A DNA stretch of 64,000 nt from Paragordius varius (GCA_964247055.1 OZ176055.1:9176001-9240000), one strand, 5' to 3'; positions 1 through 13,915 are shown, counted from the stretch's first letter. Numbers and translations: made by a program. The notes: a model not told the origin generated them from the letters alone.

Positions 1-139
1 CAAAAGGTAAATTAGGACAAAAAAATGAAAAGGTAATGAAGTGAAAATTTATACAAAAAATGGCAAAAAATTTGGATGAAGATTTTTACGTTATTATTAA
101 ATTTTTAATGCATACTGCTCTCAAAATCGGGAAAAATAA

Positions 140-560
140 CCTGTGAAATATATATTCTGATAGATAAATGTATATTATCATGACGCTTTTGATTTTAGCC
201 CTCATGAGTGAGATAAGAAAATCATTATATAAGCTCTTCATATCAGAAAATGGCATACTGTTTTTAAAGTTATTTTATTTAAATTTAATCATCAAACATG
301 TATTAAATAAAAAAGCTTATGTATACAGTTTTGTGATGTAGACTAAAAGCCTTTTATATACATATTCAAACCATAAATCCATTTATTTTGCTGTTGTACT
401 AGCCACTTAAAAAATTTATAGGGAAAATAGCGGCAAAAAGGTTGAGATAAGAATTTTTAAACAATTTTAAAATGTCTTTTGAATAATGCGCTTATAAGGC
501 TAAATAAAGCACATTTTGAATTCTCCTTAGTAGCTTAAATATTAGGATATTCGAATTAAA
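140..560. repeat. Dispersed repeat segments (likely MITE/TE relic)
   Basis: About 175-265 resembles 36680-36775 (e.g. CATATCAGAAAATGGCA), and about 415-545 resembles 4865-5010 (ATAATGCGC..TAAGGCTAAA..AAAGCA). Aligned by eye only. Confidence 0.5.
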
Positions 561-1320
561 AATCGCTGGGGAAATAAACCTACCCTAAAGGTAATAGAGT
601 GTAATATCGGTGAATCAATAGGTAAATAAATGTGTATTATGTTTAAAAAATGTTAATAATTAAAGCTTTCGGGCTCCATTTTACCGGGAAAAACCTGATA
701 TATTTTATTTATCAACTATACGTTTCAATCGTCTTTGGAGATGTTTCAATTTTGGATCCTAGGAGTCAAAACTGTAAAAAACATAAGGTTTTGTATCTAA
801 TAGATGTGAATATTGTTTGTCAATTAAATTACTAAAATTACTTTCAAAGTAGTTAAGAAATTGCTCTCTAAGATAAAATACTACCCCACACTCAAAAAAG
901 TGGAAAGGTCAAGTGTAAAAATTTGTAGCACAATCTCGACCCTTTTGCCTATATATTAGGAAAACATGCCCATTTACGAAAAAATTTTAGGGATATTTTT
1001 TCAAAAAAAGCATAGATCTTTTATCAAATAAATTTTATAATATACAAATTTTGCCATTTTCCGTCCTACCAGAATTATATATTCCATCAGTTTTACAACC
1101 ACCGATTTTGGACGCAGTGTTATATATATATATTATTAAGATTTATCTTATACTGCCCAATAGAATATGAAAATTTGTGATTTTTTATGGATATAATAGA
1201 TTGAATTACAAATCTATATTTCCCAGTGTGGTAAAAAAAGCTACTTCATATGCCTTTTTAGCAGACGATAATTTCGTCTGATACCAATATTTAAATTTCA
1301 TAGTCCTTTGCAGTTTTGTC

Positions 1321-3326
1321 ATGGTAAGTATTACATAATTTACACCATACATTATATATTATATTTTATACAATGTTAGTCAAAGAAAAAAGGTTTATCT
1401 CTTGAAGATAAAAGACAGAAGCTTATGGAAATATTTTATGAGAAAGTACATTTTTTTCAATTTTTAGAAAGATTGTTTCCAGTTAAAAGAAGTCGAGAAA
1501 TATGCATCGAAAGAGAAAAAAATTAATGCTCAAGTTGTTAAGGAAATTTTGCAATCTCTTGTGGACGATGATTTGGTGACATCGGAAAAAATAGGCTCCT
1601 CCATATATTATTGGTCATTTCCAAGTCAAGCTGGATTAAAAGTTTGTCCATATTTTATTTTAGAGGAATAATAAATTGATAGAGTTGGAAAAAGAAAATC
1701 GTGAATTATTAAAAAGGCGAGAAAATCTCGAAAAGGAAATCTCATTATCTGCGAAAGACAAAGAAGAATCGGTATATTTACTATATGCTCTCGTTAAGCG
1801 TTTTTGTTAATTTCTATTTTTTTCAAAAAAAACCAATAAAATATAACTGGCCAATATTTATGGACCAGCGTTTGATCTGGCTACCAAAAAAACATTAATT
1901 TTACGGTTATCCCAATTTTTGTCTTCTGAAGCCTTGTTATCTTCTGCAGACGACTTGTCAAAAAATTATTCGATGCTTTATGACATATGGCGATTTCCTT
2001 TGATGATAACCCTGATTTTCTTTTACCACTATGATGGGAAGTTAGATTTGAAATTCATATGATGATTTATCGATTATTTTTTAAAAAATTCTAATGTTTA
2101 TTTATACCAAAAGAACTTCTTTTTTCAAGGACCAAACCGTAATAGGGTTGGTTCTTCAAGAGTTAAAAATGCGCACAGGATTGATAGAAGCTTTATCTTA
2201 AAACTTTAAACATTCTAAATACGTTGGTTCCAGTTGGAAGTAAAAGAACCTATCTCATGTTTAAGAAAACCTCATTTCAGCAGGGTTACTTAGGACATTT
2301 TTTTCGAATGAAGCTTCACTAATTTTTTTTCTTTAATAAGCATATGTTATAAAAGTCGAAATCTATGACTGGGATACCTCAAATTTTATACCATAATAAA
2401 TATATTATTAGGGTTTTTTGTATGACCCTCCATTTTATCTGCGTAATAAACCTATTATTTTTCAATTCGTTTCTACACACATTTTTGGGGATGCACCTTG
2501 CATACATTATTGGTGACAAACTAAATTGTCATATACGTTTTTTGAAAAATTGCTAAAAGAATAACTTTTTGAAGCCGTTACGCGGGTCGAGAAGTACGCA
2601 TCAAAAAGTGAAATATCCGGCTATGTTTTTTTGTGATTTTTTCATAGATGATTGAGACATTTTTGGTTATTTCGCATATATAAGCCAAGATGTTCTTAAT
2701 ATATATATTTCAATAATATTTTTTTGTTGAATGTGGTCCTTTACGGTTAATTGTATATAATAGTTATTAACGTAGGATGAAAAGATTAATATCATGAAAC
2801 TGGTTGAAATTAACAAATTAGCCATTGCTCAATTAAACAAAGATCTCAGTCTTTATAAAAACAATAATCCACGGTATATTGCTGGACTGGAAAAGCAAAA
2901 CGTTGAGCTTAAAAATGGCATTAATATTTGGACAGGTTGGTTATAAATTCAAAATTATAATTATACAGACAAAAATTTTTTTTTGAAACGAAAACTATGT
3001 TTTTAAAACCATAATTTTTTTAAAAATATAGCTTGCCTTTTAGGGTCGCACAATAAAAAGTAATGATATATATTTGTAACACTCTCAATTATGTGTATCA
3101 AAATTGTAATTATATATAGTTTATGTAAAAAATATTGGTGTTCTCTAAAAATAATATTTGTCTTTTAATTTTTATGTTTTGTCCGTATATTTTAAATTTT
3201 TACTGTAATGTTCCTTTAGATAATCTATTTTCTACCATTTCCTGGCTCAAAACTAAATTTGGAGTGGATGAAGCTACTATAAAAGAACAATTTAACATCC
3301 CAGAAAATTTGGATTACTTTGAATGA
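1321..3326 (+). CDS. MND1: Meiotic nuclear division protein 1 (MND1), 6 exons
   Basis: Exons 1321-1323, 1380-1445, 1468-1641, 1664-1771, 2776-2935 and 3220-3326, joined at GT-AG introns, give a stop-free protein: [34 protein letters not shown]...[30 protein letters not shown]...[20 protein letters not shown]...[11 protein letters not shown]. It matches the Mnd1 winged-helix N-terminus and the C-terminal WTDN motif. Confidence 0.95.
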
Positions 3327-3887
3327 ATGACGAAATGAATATGAATAATATTTTATATTAATATATACCGAATTTGTCAAATTATGATTAACGAAAATAA
3401 TAAGAAATAGAGTTTGTTTTGTATTATGTAATTTTGGCCTTTAAAAACTTGTTTTTAATACCATATGTCTGTATATAATGTACAAAAATATGGATTTTAC
3501 AAAAAATAGTATGGCTGTATATAGCCGCGGGAGCATTATGATCTCTTTATATTTTATTGCAATGATTTTAAATAAAAGATAATTAGTTTTAAAAGAAAAA
3601 TATGTAATGTTTTATTTCTCAGTTTTTTTAGACAGGCCTTTTTCTACATAATTTTTTTTAGCGAGCGGAAATAAATGGTCATTCGCTAATATAGAGTAGA
3701 AAATGGTAATAGATATCATTATACATAATCGTTTTATTGATTTTTTTTCCAAAAAAACAACAACTTGAAATTTAACTTTCACTCACATAAAACTATGCTA
3801 CTCGCTATTCTAAATTTTATTTTCGACCAAGTGACACAAAATTCAATTTGGTTATCCGTTATCATAAAAATATCACAGTAACAAAAT

Positions 3888-4370
3888 ATGAACAACTCTA
3901 GAAAACCGTGCACTATTTCATTCTTGAAGGGTTGGTTTTACAAAGCTGTTTCGGGCATGCTTGTTACAATTGTTTTAGCCGTGTGCTTAACCCTATCCTT
4001 GCAATCATTTGAAAAAATTAATGAGAAATATCCGTCTTACAATGGCGCTGCCCTGGGTGCTTTATTCACAATGTTAATTTTTACAATCTTATCCACACTA
4101 TTATATATGGGCAATAATATTTGGGTGCGGAGAAAAGGTGCAAGCAGATATAAAAGAATCAAAAGTTTTTATTCTTTGAATCCGGCGGCATCGTTGGGAT
4201 TGAATGAAAATATGTTAATGGGAAACACTATATCCAATCCTTCAGTGATCACAAGGTGTGAAAATATCATATCACCAAAATCAATGTTTAGTCAGTACTC
4301 CTCGTATTCACCCACTTCACAAAATTCAGACCAGCGATTAGGCATTAATTACGGTTACATATTTAAGTAA
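3888..4370 (+). CDS. Hypothetical 160-aa protein with two predicted TM helices and a Ser-rich tail
   Basis: ATG-initiated single ORF, less AT-rich than its flanks, with two hydrophobic stretches (MLVTIVLAVCLTLSL; GAALGALFTMLIFTILSTLLYM). No family recognised. Confidence 0.55.
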   Translation: MNNSRKPCTISFLKGWFYKAVSGMLVTIVLAVCLTLSLQSFEKINEKYPSYNGAALGALFTMLIFTILSTLLYMGNNIWVRRKGASRYKRIKSFYSLNPAASLGLNENMLMGNTISNPSVITRCENIISPKSMFSQYSSYSPTSQNSDQRLGINYGYIFK

Positions 4371-5843
4371 GACGTCCTCCGTCATTATATAAATTATAGA
4401 GCATTGTACAAAATTTTAGTTTAAATTTTTTAAACTGCTATATTTAAACATTGGAACCAGTATGGTTATTAAATACGGGTATATAATTGCGTAGGAGCTT
4501 TTTATGACATCAATACATGACTTTGTTCTTTAACATTTCATTACCTTTTTACTTTTTTGTCCTAGTTTACATATTAGGCAATTTTTTATCTCAGTGTACA
4601 AGTATATAAATTACAGTTTTATAAGATTTTAGTTAAAATTAATTATCAAAACTTGTTCTCATGGATTAGATAAAATAGCCTCTATTTTTACAGTTTGTGA
4701 CTTCTAAAAAATTGGTAAAGCTCTAAAACAAACGAACAGCATATAATAAAATAAATATATCAAGTTTTGCTGGTAAAATGTAACTTAAAAGCTTCTAAAA
4801 AATTTATTTACATTTTATAACCATAAAATATAATTATTTGTCTGTTATATTAGCGATTTAAAAAAAATTATAGAAAAAAATGGCGACAAAAAAAGTTTGA
4901 GATGAGGTTTTTTTTACAATTTTTCATTTTTAACAAATTTTTGTATAATGCGCCTAAAAGGCTAAAGAAAGCATATTTTTAAATTTGGCTTAATACCTAA
5001 AATGCTTTTTTAGAAAATCAAATTCAAATCGCTCTGAAATTTAAAGTACCCCATGTAATGGAATGTTAGGTAACATGTTTTATAATTATAAAAAACGTCC
5101 CCTTTGTAGCGTTTAAGGCTTGATACAACTCTTTGTCTTTCTTACTAGGAAATATAAATGTTTAATAACTGGTGTCGAGTTATTTTTTCTTCTTAACTCA
5201 GCTGATTTCCTTTGTTTAACAATAAGTGTTTATTCCTTACCGTTTAACAGACTAAAACCCTAATCTTTTGTTCATTAGTGACTTAATGAACAATAAAAAT
5301 AATTTTTTTAGAAGAATTAGTTAATACAAAGTATATTTGTTGGCTCCAAATTCATATTTAAATATTTTGTCGTTAAGTTTTTATCTTATGTCAATTTATC
5401 ATAACGATAAAATTAATTGAATGATTTTAAGATTGACATATAATTTAATTTTTGATTTTTAGAAAAATCTAAGGGCAACGGATCCATTTCTTTAGAGTAT
5501 AGATGAAAAAATTTATTAAATAATTAAATTATTTTAATAGAGAGTTTTACCTTTCTACCAAAATAAAATGTTAAAAGATAATATGGAACTTATTTTTCAA
5601 AACTAAATTTTATGTAGATTGGCTTATTGATATAATTTTTATTAGGATTGAAGCAATTTAAGCCGTTTTTTTCATACCCCAATTCGAATCGCTTGTTAAC
5701 GAGTATAAAATGATCCTATATGTATGTTTTACAAAATTTCGCGTCAACTTCCGCTACGCAATAACAAAATAATACAGTTTTTTGTAAGTATGGTATTTAT
5801 CTAAAGTTTTAGTTATGAAAACTGCAATAAATTAACAGATATT

Positions 5844-8800
5844 ATGCTTATACTTATTCAGGAACTTAGTACTCCAATAATGTTCGTAAAAGATAATAAT
5901 ATTTGCAATAAAAATTTTCTTTTACTCTATCTAGCGTCTGCGTCGAAATTCGTTAATAAAAATTTTATCCGTCTCTTTTTTTCACACATTGTTTCCACAA
6001 ATTTTAACATGTTTTATGAAAAATGGCAAATAATCATGTGCGTTCGCTTTTCTTTGTAATTATTTCAAATAGCCGTTAAACCTATAGTTTTGTTAAAAAA
6101 AATGATTTGTATGATTAGCTGATCTCTGACCCGACCTTAATATGGCACTTAATACATTATCCAAGGACGGTATAAGGAGCACGGTCAGACTCATTTTAAT
6201 AGTTAGACCTAAAGCTATTTTAATGCGTTTTTAACACTGAGTTTACTATTTATGCGAACATTTTCTTAATTCATACGTCGCACAATGTTAAAATTTTAAG
6301 TCGTATCATTATTCATATATATATATATTAGATTATATATAAGCTCTATATTTGGGCTTAACTTGGACTCTTCTAGTAGAACACAATCTACGGAGGGCAA
6401 ACGTAAAATCCTCCTCAAAATAATATGTTTGGCGTTAATTTGGTCAATATCTCTTTACCTGTTTATCTATTGTATATTCAATATGATACCCTCTATTTTT
6501 ATAACATTGTATTCATCGCATCTTACTTTCACGCAATCATTTGGTTGGGTACTCTTACACGAAAGATTTTGGGCACACAAAGTATATCTAAATATTTTTT
6601 GATTAAATTAAAAATTAATTTTAGCAGTTTAATATCGTTTACATTTACAGTAACAATAAAACTATAAATACCAAACATATATAAAGGAATATATTACCCC
6701 TTGATTTTTTTATGTGAAACCAATATGATTAATATGAAATATATAATTTTGGTTGGTAACCGAAAACGAATTGTAGAAAATAATTCTTTAAACATATGGT
6801 TTACTTGTAAAAACATAAGTCTTATACTTTTTTATGTTTTGCATTTATAAGTTTAATTTTTTTTGGTAAAAAAACACCACATTTTGAACAAAATAAATAT
6901 TTTTATATGAAAATATTTTAATGGATTTTATTAGATTGTAGCCTTGATATTAATGCTCACCAGCGTAGTTTTATTGACACATTTTAAAGGGGAATTTTTG
7001 AAATATTTGGGCGATGTTTTGCTTGCTATAGTCTCTGCCCTTACATTCTCAATATATAAGGTATTTTTAACTCTTACATTTAATCATATTTTACAAGCCT
7101 TTGGCGTTATTTTTAAATATCATACTCAATTCAATTTCTTTAAAGCTCATATTTTTGGTCAAAGAAGCTGTTGTTAAAATGATATGTATTTTATCTAGTT
7201 TTATTATAAATTAAGTAAGAACGAAATCTTATATTCTTTCAAAAATCCATTCAATAAAATTTAACTTATAGCACTTTAAGGCCCTAATTATTTAAATATA
7301 AATCAAATTGCAATGTAATTGTGGGCGAATAGTGTAGTCTTCCTCTATAAAACAGTCCATTTTATATTAAAAAAATCTAAACCGCGATCAGAACCAATAT
7401 GGTCTGAGTATTTAATAATTTACTGTTTAATTTAACCCTTAGATATATTGTCGTAAAACGCTTGAAAGCCCATTTATTCCAAACCATCTTTCCAACTCAG
7501 GCATCCTTTACAATACCTTTAATCTCAATGATAGTTTTAAATCAAATTATTTGGCAACATCCCAAAACTATATAGAAAATAACCCTAATAATAAAACTAA
7601 TGATAATACAACAAGTCAATACAATTTTCCCACAAATTCTTTAACAGATTATAAAGAAAAAGTTAGAATTTCTAATGCTGTATCATATCCAAATCTACAA
7701 ATACCCTCCAATAATGTAAAGTTTGAGGAAGCAAAAATGGATTTGCGACCTAGTCCCACATTTTCAATGCCCTTGAGGACCGACTCTCCATCAATTTTAG
7801 GGAGGTTTTGGCAAAATCAAACATTGATATTGCGACCAAAAGATTTAAATTTTGATCGATATACCCTGTTTTATGTCATTTTTGGGTTTTTTATTACAAT
7901 ACTTTTTTTAGCGTTAACTTTGCTCCTAGTTTTTACCAAAGCTGAAACGGTACCTTCAACATTATTTATTTGGAAGGAAAATACTCTTTCAACATTATAC
8001 CTTGCAAGTATCTAATATAAATAGAATTAATAATAATTAGTTTATTTAGTGGTTGTTGAGATTGGACCTATTTTGGTATCTCCCATATACATATATTTGG
8101 GCATTTGCTTAAGCACTATAGGAAATATAGGTATAGTCCTTTTTTCTTTTATTCGGGTTTACAGTAAAAAATGATTATATACGGACAAAACATAAAAATT
8201 TAAAAGAAAAATTATTTTTGGAAAAGGGAATCTAACTTTTAAATCATTTTAAATACAACTCATCTTTTTAGTTTGCATAATAATCAGAGATGTACATTGG
8301 TAACTCACTTTATGAAATTCAATGAATTTTATTGTTGGGTAGATCAAGATTTAAAAATATAGTTGTCTATTTATAAATAAATATCTGTCTTTCGTGTTTT
8401 TATGTTACGTCTGTCTACTTTCAATTTTTACCGTATTAAGTTCGATATTTTAATGCTTTTTTATTATATAGTTTTAGATTTCCGATACTACCGTTTGGTA
8501 CCAAACACTATGTTACAAATTGCTTTTTCCAGCGCAATTTTGTCATACATAATCTTATTGTTTCCAGATGATTGGCAAAGTTATACGGATAAAATTTTTA
8601 CGATCAGAAAACGATCATTTCCCACTTCGACGTTAAAATCTTTTTCTGGAAATGCCCAGGCCTATAATTCACAGATAGGTTTAGGGGCCCAAATCCCGAA
8701 TATTAGTTCTAGTGTGTCAACCACGCCCTACAAAATAAATTTCAACCAAGCAATCAATCCAATAATGAATAAAAGTAGTGAAAGGTCGGCAATTATTACA

Positions 8801-8905
8801 TCCAATCCCACAGTCACAAAGGTGCGAAAAAGTATTACTCAAGAAATTTTACACAAAGTACGCAGACCCGGGCTCTTATTTAGCACTGATATTCCTGCAA
8901 AATAA
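5844..8905 (+). CDS. SLC35F3/SLC35F4-like drug/metabolite-superfamily transporter, multi-exon; 5' start uncertain
   Basis: Successive exons resemble SLC35F3/F4 segments in order: KNF..LFFSHIVSTNFNMF (~5960-6015), LIWSISLYLFIY...FGWVLLHERFWAHK (~6400-6580), IVALILMLTSVVLL...LAIVSALTFSIYK (~6935-7060), FGFFITILFLALTLLLVFTKAE (~7880-7950), VVEIGPILVSPIYIYLGICLSTIGN (8050-8130), ILSYIILLFPDDW (~8540-8575). Exons are bounded by GT-AG sites. Confidence 0.8.
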
Positions 8906-9556
8906 TTTTAAGTATATGGGTGGTTTTGTAAATGTATATTGTAAATATTAACTTGAGATTTTGAACAAAAGTATTATTTAAATAAAATATTAGTTGATCA
9001 CTTATTTAATATGCGAGGCTACTCATAGTAAGCAATATGTTTTTGAGTGTTAGGTAACACTAGACAACAAATTTTTCTCCGCTCGATTTTTTTACACTTT
9101 CTGATATTTACTATCATTTTAACAGTAAATTTGGAATAAAAAATTATTACGCCTAAGAATTTTGTAAAATTTGATTGATTTTTTTTTATAAAATTTTAGT
9201 AAAAAATGTTTGTCTTTTAATATACAACAAATGCCCATCAATATATCATTCAAAAGAATGATAACTTTATAAAATGCATACAAATATGTTTTACATCGAT
9301 AGTTAATATTGGACAAAGAAGCGACAAACACGCAGCGAGAGCGCTTTTCGTAATTCATATATTTTTAAAACTATTGGATGATATTGGCACAAACTTTGTC
9401 TAGATGGCAATGAATGTCCAAAAAATATAACACAAAATTTTTTTTTTAATTAAAACACTTATATATCGCTTTTATGTCATTTAAAACAACCATTTTTGAG
9501 TTTTTTGTTTTAAAAATTATCATATCATATTAATTAATTATCTTTATGAGTCTTAA

Positions 9557-10475
9557 CAGGGGTGGCCGAAACGCCCGCGTTCGATTTCTTGACCGCGAGA
9601 TTTCAAGCCTGAAAAATTTTAAAAAAATGTAAAAAATATTTGTGCATAACAATTTTGAAATTATGAATTATGGCATACTCATTCATCTTTAAATTTTAAA
9701 AAACATCAAATGTTTCCACATTTTCACATGACATCAGGATAATCAACCAAATTCCAAATGTTTATGAGTTAATTGCCTGATTAATTTTGATCCCAAATCT
9801 GGTAAATTTGCAATTTTTGAAAATGGCTGATTATTTAGTTTTACATTTAACATATTATCTAACGGAGATAACAAGGCACTGTATTCGAGTTTATATAATA
9901 ATAAAAGTGAATATCATCGACATTCCAACAGCAATATTTTAGATTACGTCAAATTTGAAAAATCGCTCTGTTTTAATTGATTTGCAATGTGCAATATTTC
10001 CGAGATATCGCGTCAAAAAGCAAGTTAAGGAAGCATATTAGATCTTTTAATTGTGAATGTCAATAATTCTCTACGGCATAGATATATTTGTAGTAAAAAT
10101 TGTCTAAATCTTTCTAAAAATGCAGCACGTAACCATCTTAAATCTATACTAACTTGTTCACTACTATGAGCACACCAATTCTTTTCAACTATACTGCGGC
10201 GCGACACTCTAATCGATTAGTGAAATTTACTATCTTGAAATATATGCTAGCACTAAATATTAAAATTAATTTATTAAATTTACAATGGATATTAACTGTA
10301 TATCTTGCAACGGATAGATCTTGTAGCTCTTGGCAAATATCTTTATAATTTACCAGATTTTATGGATTTCACCCCAATCAAACGAATATATATATTTACA
10401 CCATTTGTCTTAAAGTCCACATGAAATTTTATCCTTAAAAAGTGGGCCACGGGAAATCAAGGTTGGCCACCCCTG
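9557..10475 (-). mobile_element. Degenerate, internally deleted hAT (Charlie/Buster-like) DNA transposon
   Basis: Perfect 11-bp TIRs CAGGGGTGGCC (9557) and GGCCACCCCTG (ending 10475). The minus-strand fragment RWLRAAFLERFRQFLLQIYL resembles the hAT RWLSRG..L.RF motif. No clean 8-bp TSD seen. Confidence 0.7.
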
Positions 10476-12250
10476 GCTTATATTTTAAATTTTTCATACA
10501 AAGTTGAAGGTATTTAGATCCTTATAACGATTATGTAATAAATTTACAGTTATAATTATGCATTTTTGTATCCACTAGGTAAATTTTTTTTGATAATAAT
10601 AATTTTATTTAAAAAGCAAACCAAAAGCTTTTTCAAAGATTTTTTTTAATTTTATACTTATGTAACCCTAATAATTATATCTATATAATTTATATGATTT
10701 TTAAATTTGTTTGTCTGTAGATTTAAATGACTAACTACCATTCGAAAGATACGGATTTTTGCTCTTTCGAATGATATATACATCGCTTTAAAACTTTTCA
10801 TTTTGTATATTTTGAGTATAATGTCTAATCATGGCTAAAAATCATCTATAACACCTAGTAATAATAAATTAGGTGTTAGATTAATTTTTTTTCAGATATA
10901 CTAATTATGTACTTTATGAAATAAATTTAAAAATTACATGTATGGCACTTAAAAAATTTAAATTTGTTGTCTAGTGAAACACAGTGTTCAAAATTTGGGG
11001 TAATTTTTTTACAGTATATCATACCTAGCTTAATATGACCGTTGTGACTTATACAAAAATATAAGGATGAAAAAAATTGTCAATGTAGAAAATTTTTTTT
11101 TCACTTTTTCCACATATGGTTATCGGAAAAATCAATATATTTGCACAATACTTGATCAAAAATCACAAAACTGTTATTAAATATAAATAATATTAAATAA
11201 ATATTATTTGTAAATTTTGGCGCAATATGAATGGATATATATAAAATAAACCTCAATTTAGTAAATCCACTTAAATTTAGCCCTTTATATTAGTAACATA
11301 AAAAATACTCGGTAAAAATCTAATATGAGCCAAAATTAATTTTATTTATTAATATTAATATTACTTATATATATAATAAAAATGACATTTACACAATATT
11401 TATTTTTGAAATTTTTAATTTTAGTAAAATAAAATTAAATTTTTTAATTTATATTTTCTTGTTATCTAGTGATATAATTCTGGTCATATGTAATGAGATA
11501 TTGAAGCGTTCAGAATGAAACTGTCAAGTTAGATAAAAGGTTTAATCCTGATATTGATAGTATATTTTTTAATAATTTTAGGTAAAATAAGAAAATGCAA
11601 GTTGTTACGAATATTAAGCTACTTTTGTGGTAAAATGCATAAAAAAGGCATTTTACGTCTAATCAAATAATTTAAATTATGTTTTTTGTGTAAAAATTTA
11701 TTTTTGAATATAATATGTTTACTCTTCTGAATCTAAAATTATGTTTTTCGATGAATGTTTTAATGAGGTCGTTTTTGAAAATAAAACTCCTCCATAGATT
11801 GCTATTTTATTTTAATATTAAGTTCTGCCAAGGATCCATTGGTTTCTCTTAGATCATTCCCTTCTTGGGTCATCGCAAACAATCTATACTTAGGACATAT
11901 AAAATCCAACTCATTGAAAAAGTTCTTGATATTTAAGTCTTTTTTGCCAAAATATTAATAGCAATAAATACCTGATTAGAATAGTTTATCAACATTTTTT
12001 AAAAGATTCAAATATAAGCATTTAAAGCAATGGTATTCAAGAAAATATTTAAAGGGCCGCAAAAATATCTTGTCTCAAGAACTGTGCAATATATAACTAT
12101 AAAAACTTGGATATATCTATACTTAAAAATATATCTGATAATTCAGGGCCATAAATACACTTTTAGTGCCGCAGTTTTAAATAAAATGATTAAATTCAAT
12201 TCTTTCCATAGCCATAAACTGTCTTTTTAAAAAATAATTCAAGAAAAAAA

Positions 12251-12466
12251 ATGGGGCATAATCTGAAGTTTTTAATTTCACATTTCAAATTTGTGGAATG
12301 CACCTAAAAAGCCATTAAAACATGTAACTGATATATTATGATTAGTGTAAATGTAAAAATAATGGGGCATAATCTGAAGTTTTTAATTTCACATTTCAAA
12401 TTTGTAGAATGCACCTAAAAAGCCATTAAAACATGTAACTGATATATTATGATTAGTGTAAATGTA
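12251..12466. repeat. Tandem duplication, 111 bp x ~2
   Basis: ATGGGGCATAATCTGAAG... starts at 12251 and again at 12362; the copies are nearly identical. Confidence 0.9.
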
Positions 12467-12559
12467 TGATTGCAATATTCATTGGGTTGTAAGTTTTTTT
12501 TTATATGTAAATTTCAAAATGTTTCAGTTACCTTAAATTATAAATTATACAATCAGTAT

Positions 12560-13900
12560 CGGTTCTTCATCCAACTAGAGTTGGAGAAATATCCAATTCT
12601 TTATTTCTTCAACCAACAGAGTTGGAGAAATATCCATTTCTTTATTTCTTCATCCAACAACAGTTGGAGAAATATCCCTTTCTCCATTTTCTTATCTAAC
12701 AAGAGTTGAAAAAATTTCCAAGAGTTGGAAAAATATCCCGGCCACCGGTTCTCCATCCAACACGAGTTGGATAGATATTCCTCTATATTTTTCCATTTGT
12801 AAATCCAAAGAGTTTGATAAATATCCAAGATTTGTATATTCCGTTTTCTACTTATTCTCCAACAAAAGTTGGAGAAAATCCCTTTCTTCATTTTTTCATT
12901 CAACAAGAGTTGAAGAAATATGCCGTTTTTTATTTCTTCCATAAAAAAGAGTTGAAAAAATATGCCATTCTCCATTTATTCATCCAACAATAGTTGGAGA
13001 AATATCCTGTTTTCCAATTCTTCTCCACAAAGATTTGGAGATCTCCCTTTCTCCCCTTTTTCATCCAACAAGAGTTGAATAGATTTCCGAGAATTGGAGA
13101 AATATCCACTTCTCTTGTTCTGCATCCAAACGCAAAGAAATATCCAGTTTCTCATTATAGTTGGGAAAATTTAGAGTTTTCACGTTTTTCACCGACAAGG
13201 AGTTTGAGAAAAACACTTTCTTCATTTAATCCTTCAACAAGAGTTAGAAAAACATTCCTTTCTACATTTTTACATCCAACAAGAGTTGGAGAAATTGGCC
13301 GTTTTGCATTTCTTCTTGCAAAAAGAGCTAGAGAGTTAGAGAAAATCCCTTTATGCATTTCTTTATTCAACAAGAGTTGGGAAAATATCCGGTTCTTCAT
13401 TTGTCCATCCAACAAAAGTTGGAGAAATATTTAAGAGTTGGAGATATATTCCTTTTTCCTTTACCTCATTCATCAAGAGTTCGAGAAATATGCTGTTTTC
13501 CATTTCTTCATCCAACAAAAGTTGAATAGATTTCCAATAATTCAGAGAAATATCCCGTTCTCGTATTCTTCATTCAACGCGATAATGCCGGTCTCCATTT
13601 CTTTATCTTCAACAAAAGTTGTAATCCAAGAGTAATTTATCCCACTCTATTTCTTCATCCAACAAAAGTTGAATAAATTTCCAAGAATTGGAAAGATATC
13701 CCGTTCTTCAGCCAACACGAGTTGGATAAATATTCCTTTCTCCATTTCTTCTTCCGACATTTTTTCACCCAACAAAAGTTGGAGAAATAACCTAATTAGA
13801 GATTTATCCCTTTCTCCATGTCTTCATCCAACAAGAGTTAAAGAAATATGCCGTTTTCCAATTCTTCCTCAAACAAGAGTTAAATAATATTGTCAACGAG
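12560..13900 (+). repeat. Diverged 5' halo of the 42-bp satellite (module 1)
   Basis: Recurring TCCAAC-N4-GTTGGAGAAATAT cores (N4 usually AAGA/AAAA) separated by variable TC-rich linkers. Confidence 0.85.
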
Positions 13901-13915
13901 AACGAATATTTTATG

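Noticed and set aside
1268-1286. Small palindrome CAGACGA-TAATT-TCGTCTG upstream of MND1 as a regulatory site
   Set aside because: A single 7-bp stem with no independent support.
10738-10885. Short hairpins (CATTCGAAAGA..TCTTTCGAATG; AACACCTA..TAGGTGTT) as ncRNA or terminators
   Set aside because: More likely MITE debris in AT-rich DNA; no RNA family recognised.
11760-12060. Minus-strand coding-like stretch (YFGKKDLNIKNFFNELDFICPKYRLFAMTQEGNDLRE)
   Set aside because: Short, bounded by stops, with no recognisable family or splice model.
650-12709. Numerous 60-80 aa hydrophobic ORFs (650, 2365, 9119, 10154, 12030, 12470; also 36687, 39092, 43950 elsewhere)
   Set aside because: Ile/Phe/Lys/Asn-rich chance ORFs from AT-rich intronic or intergenic DNA.
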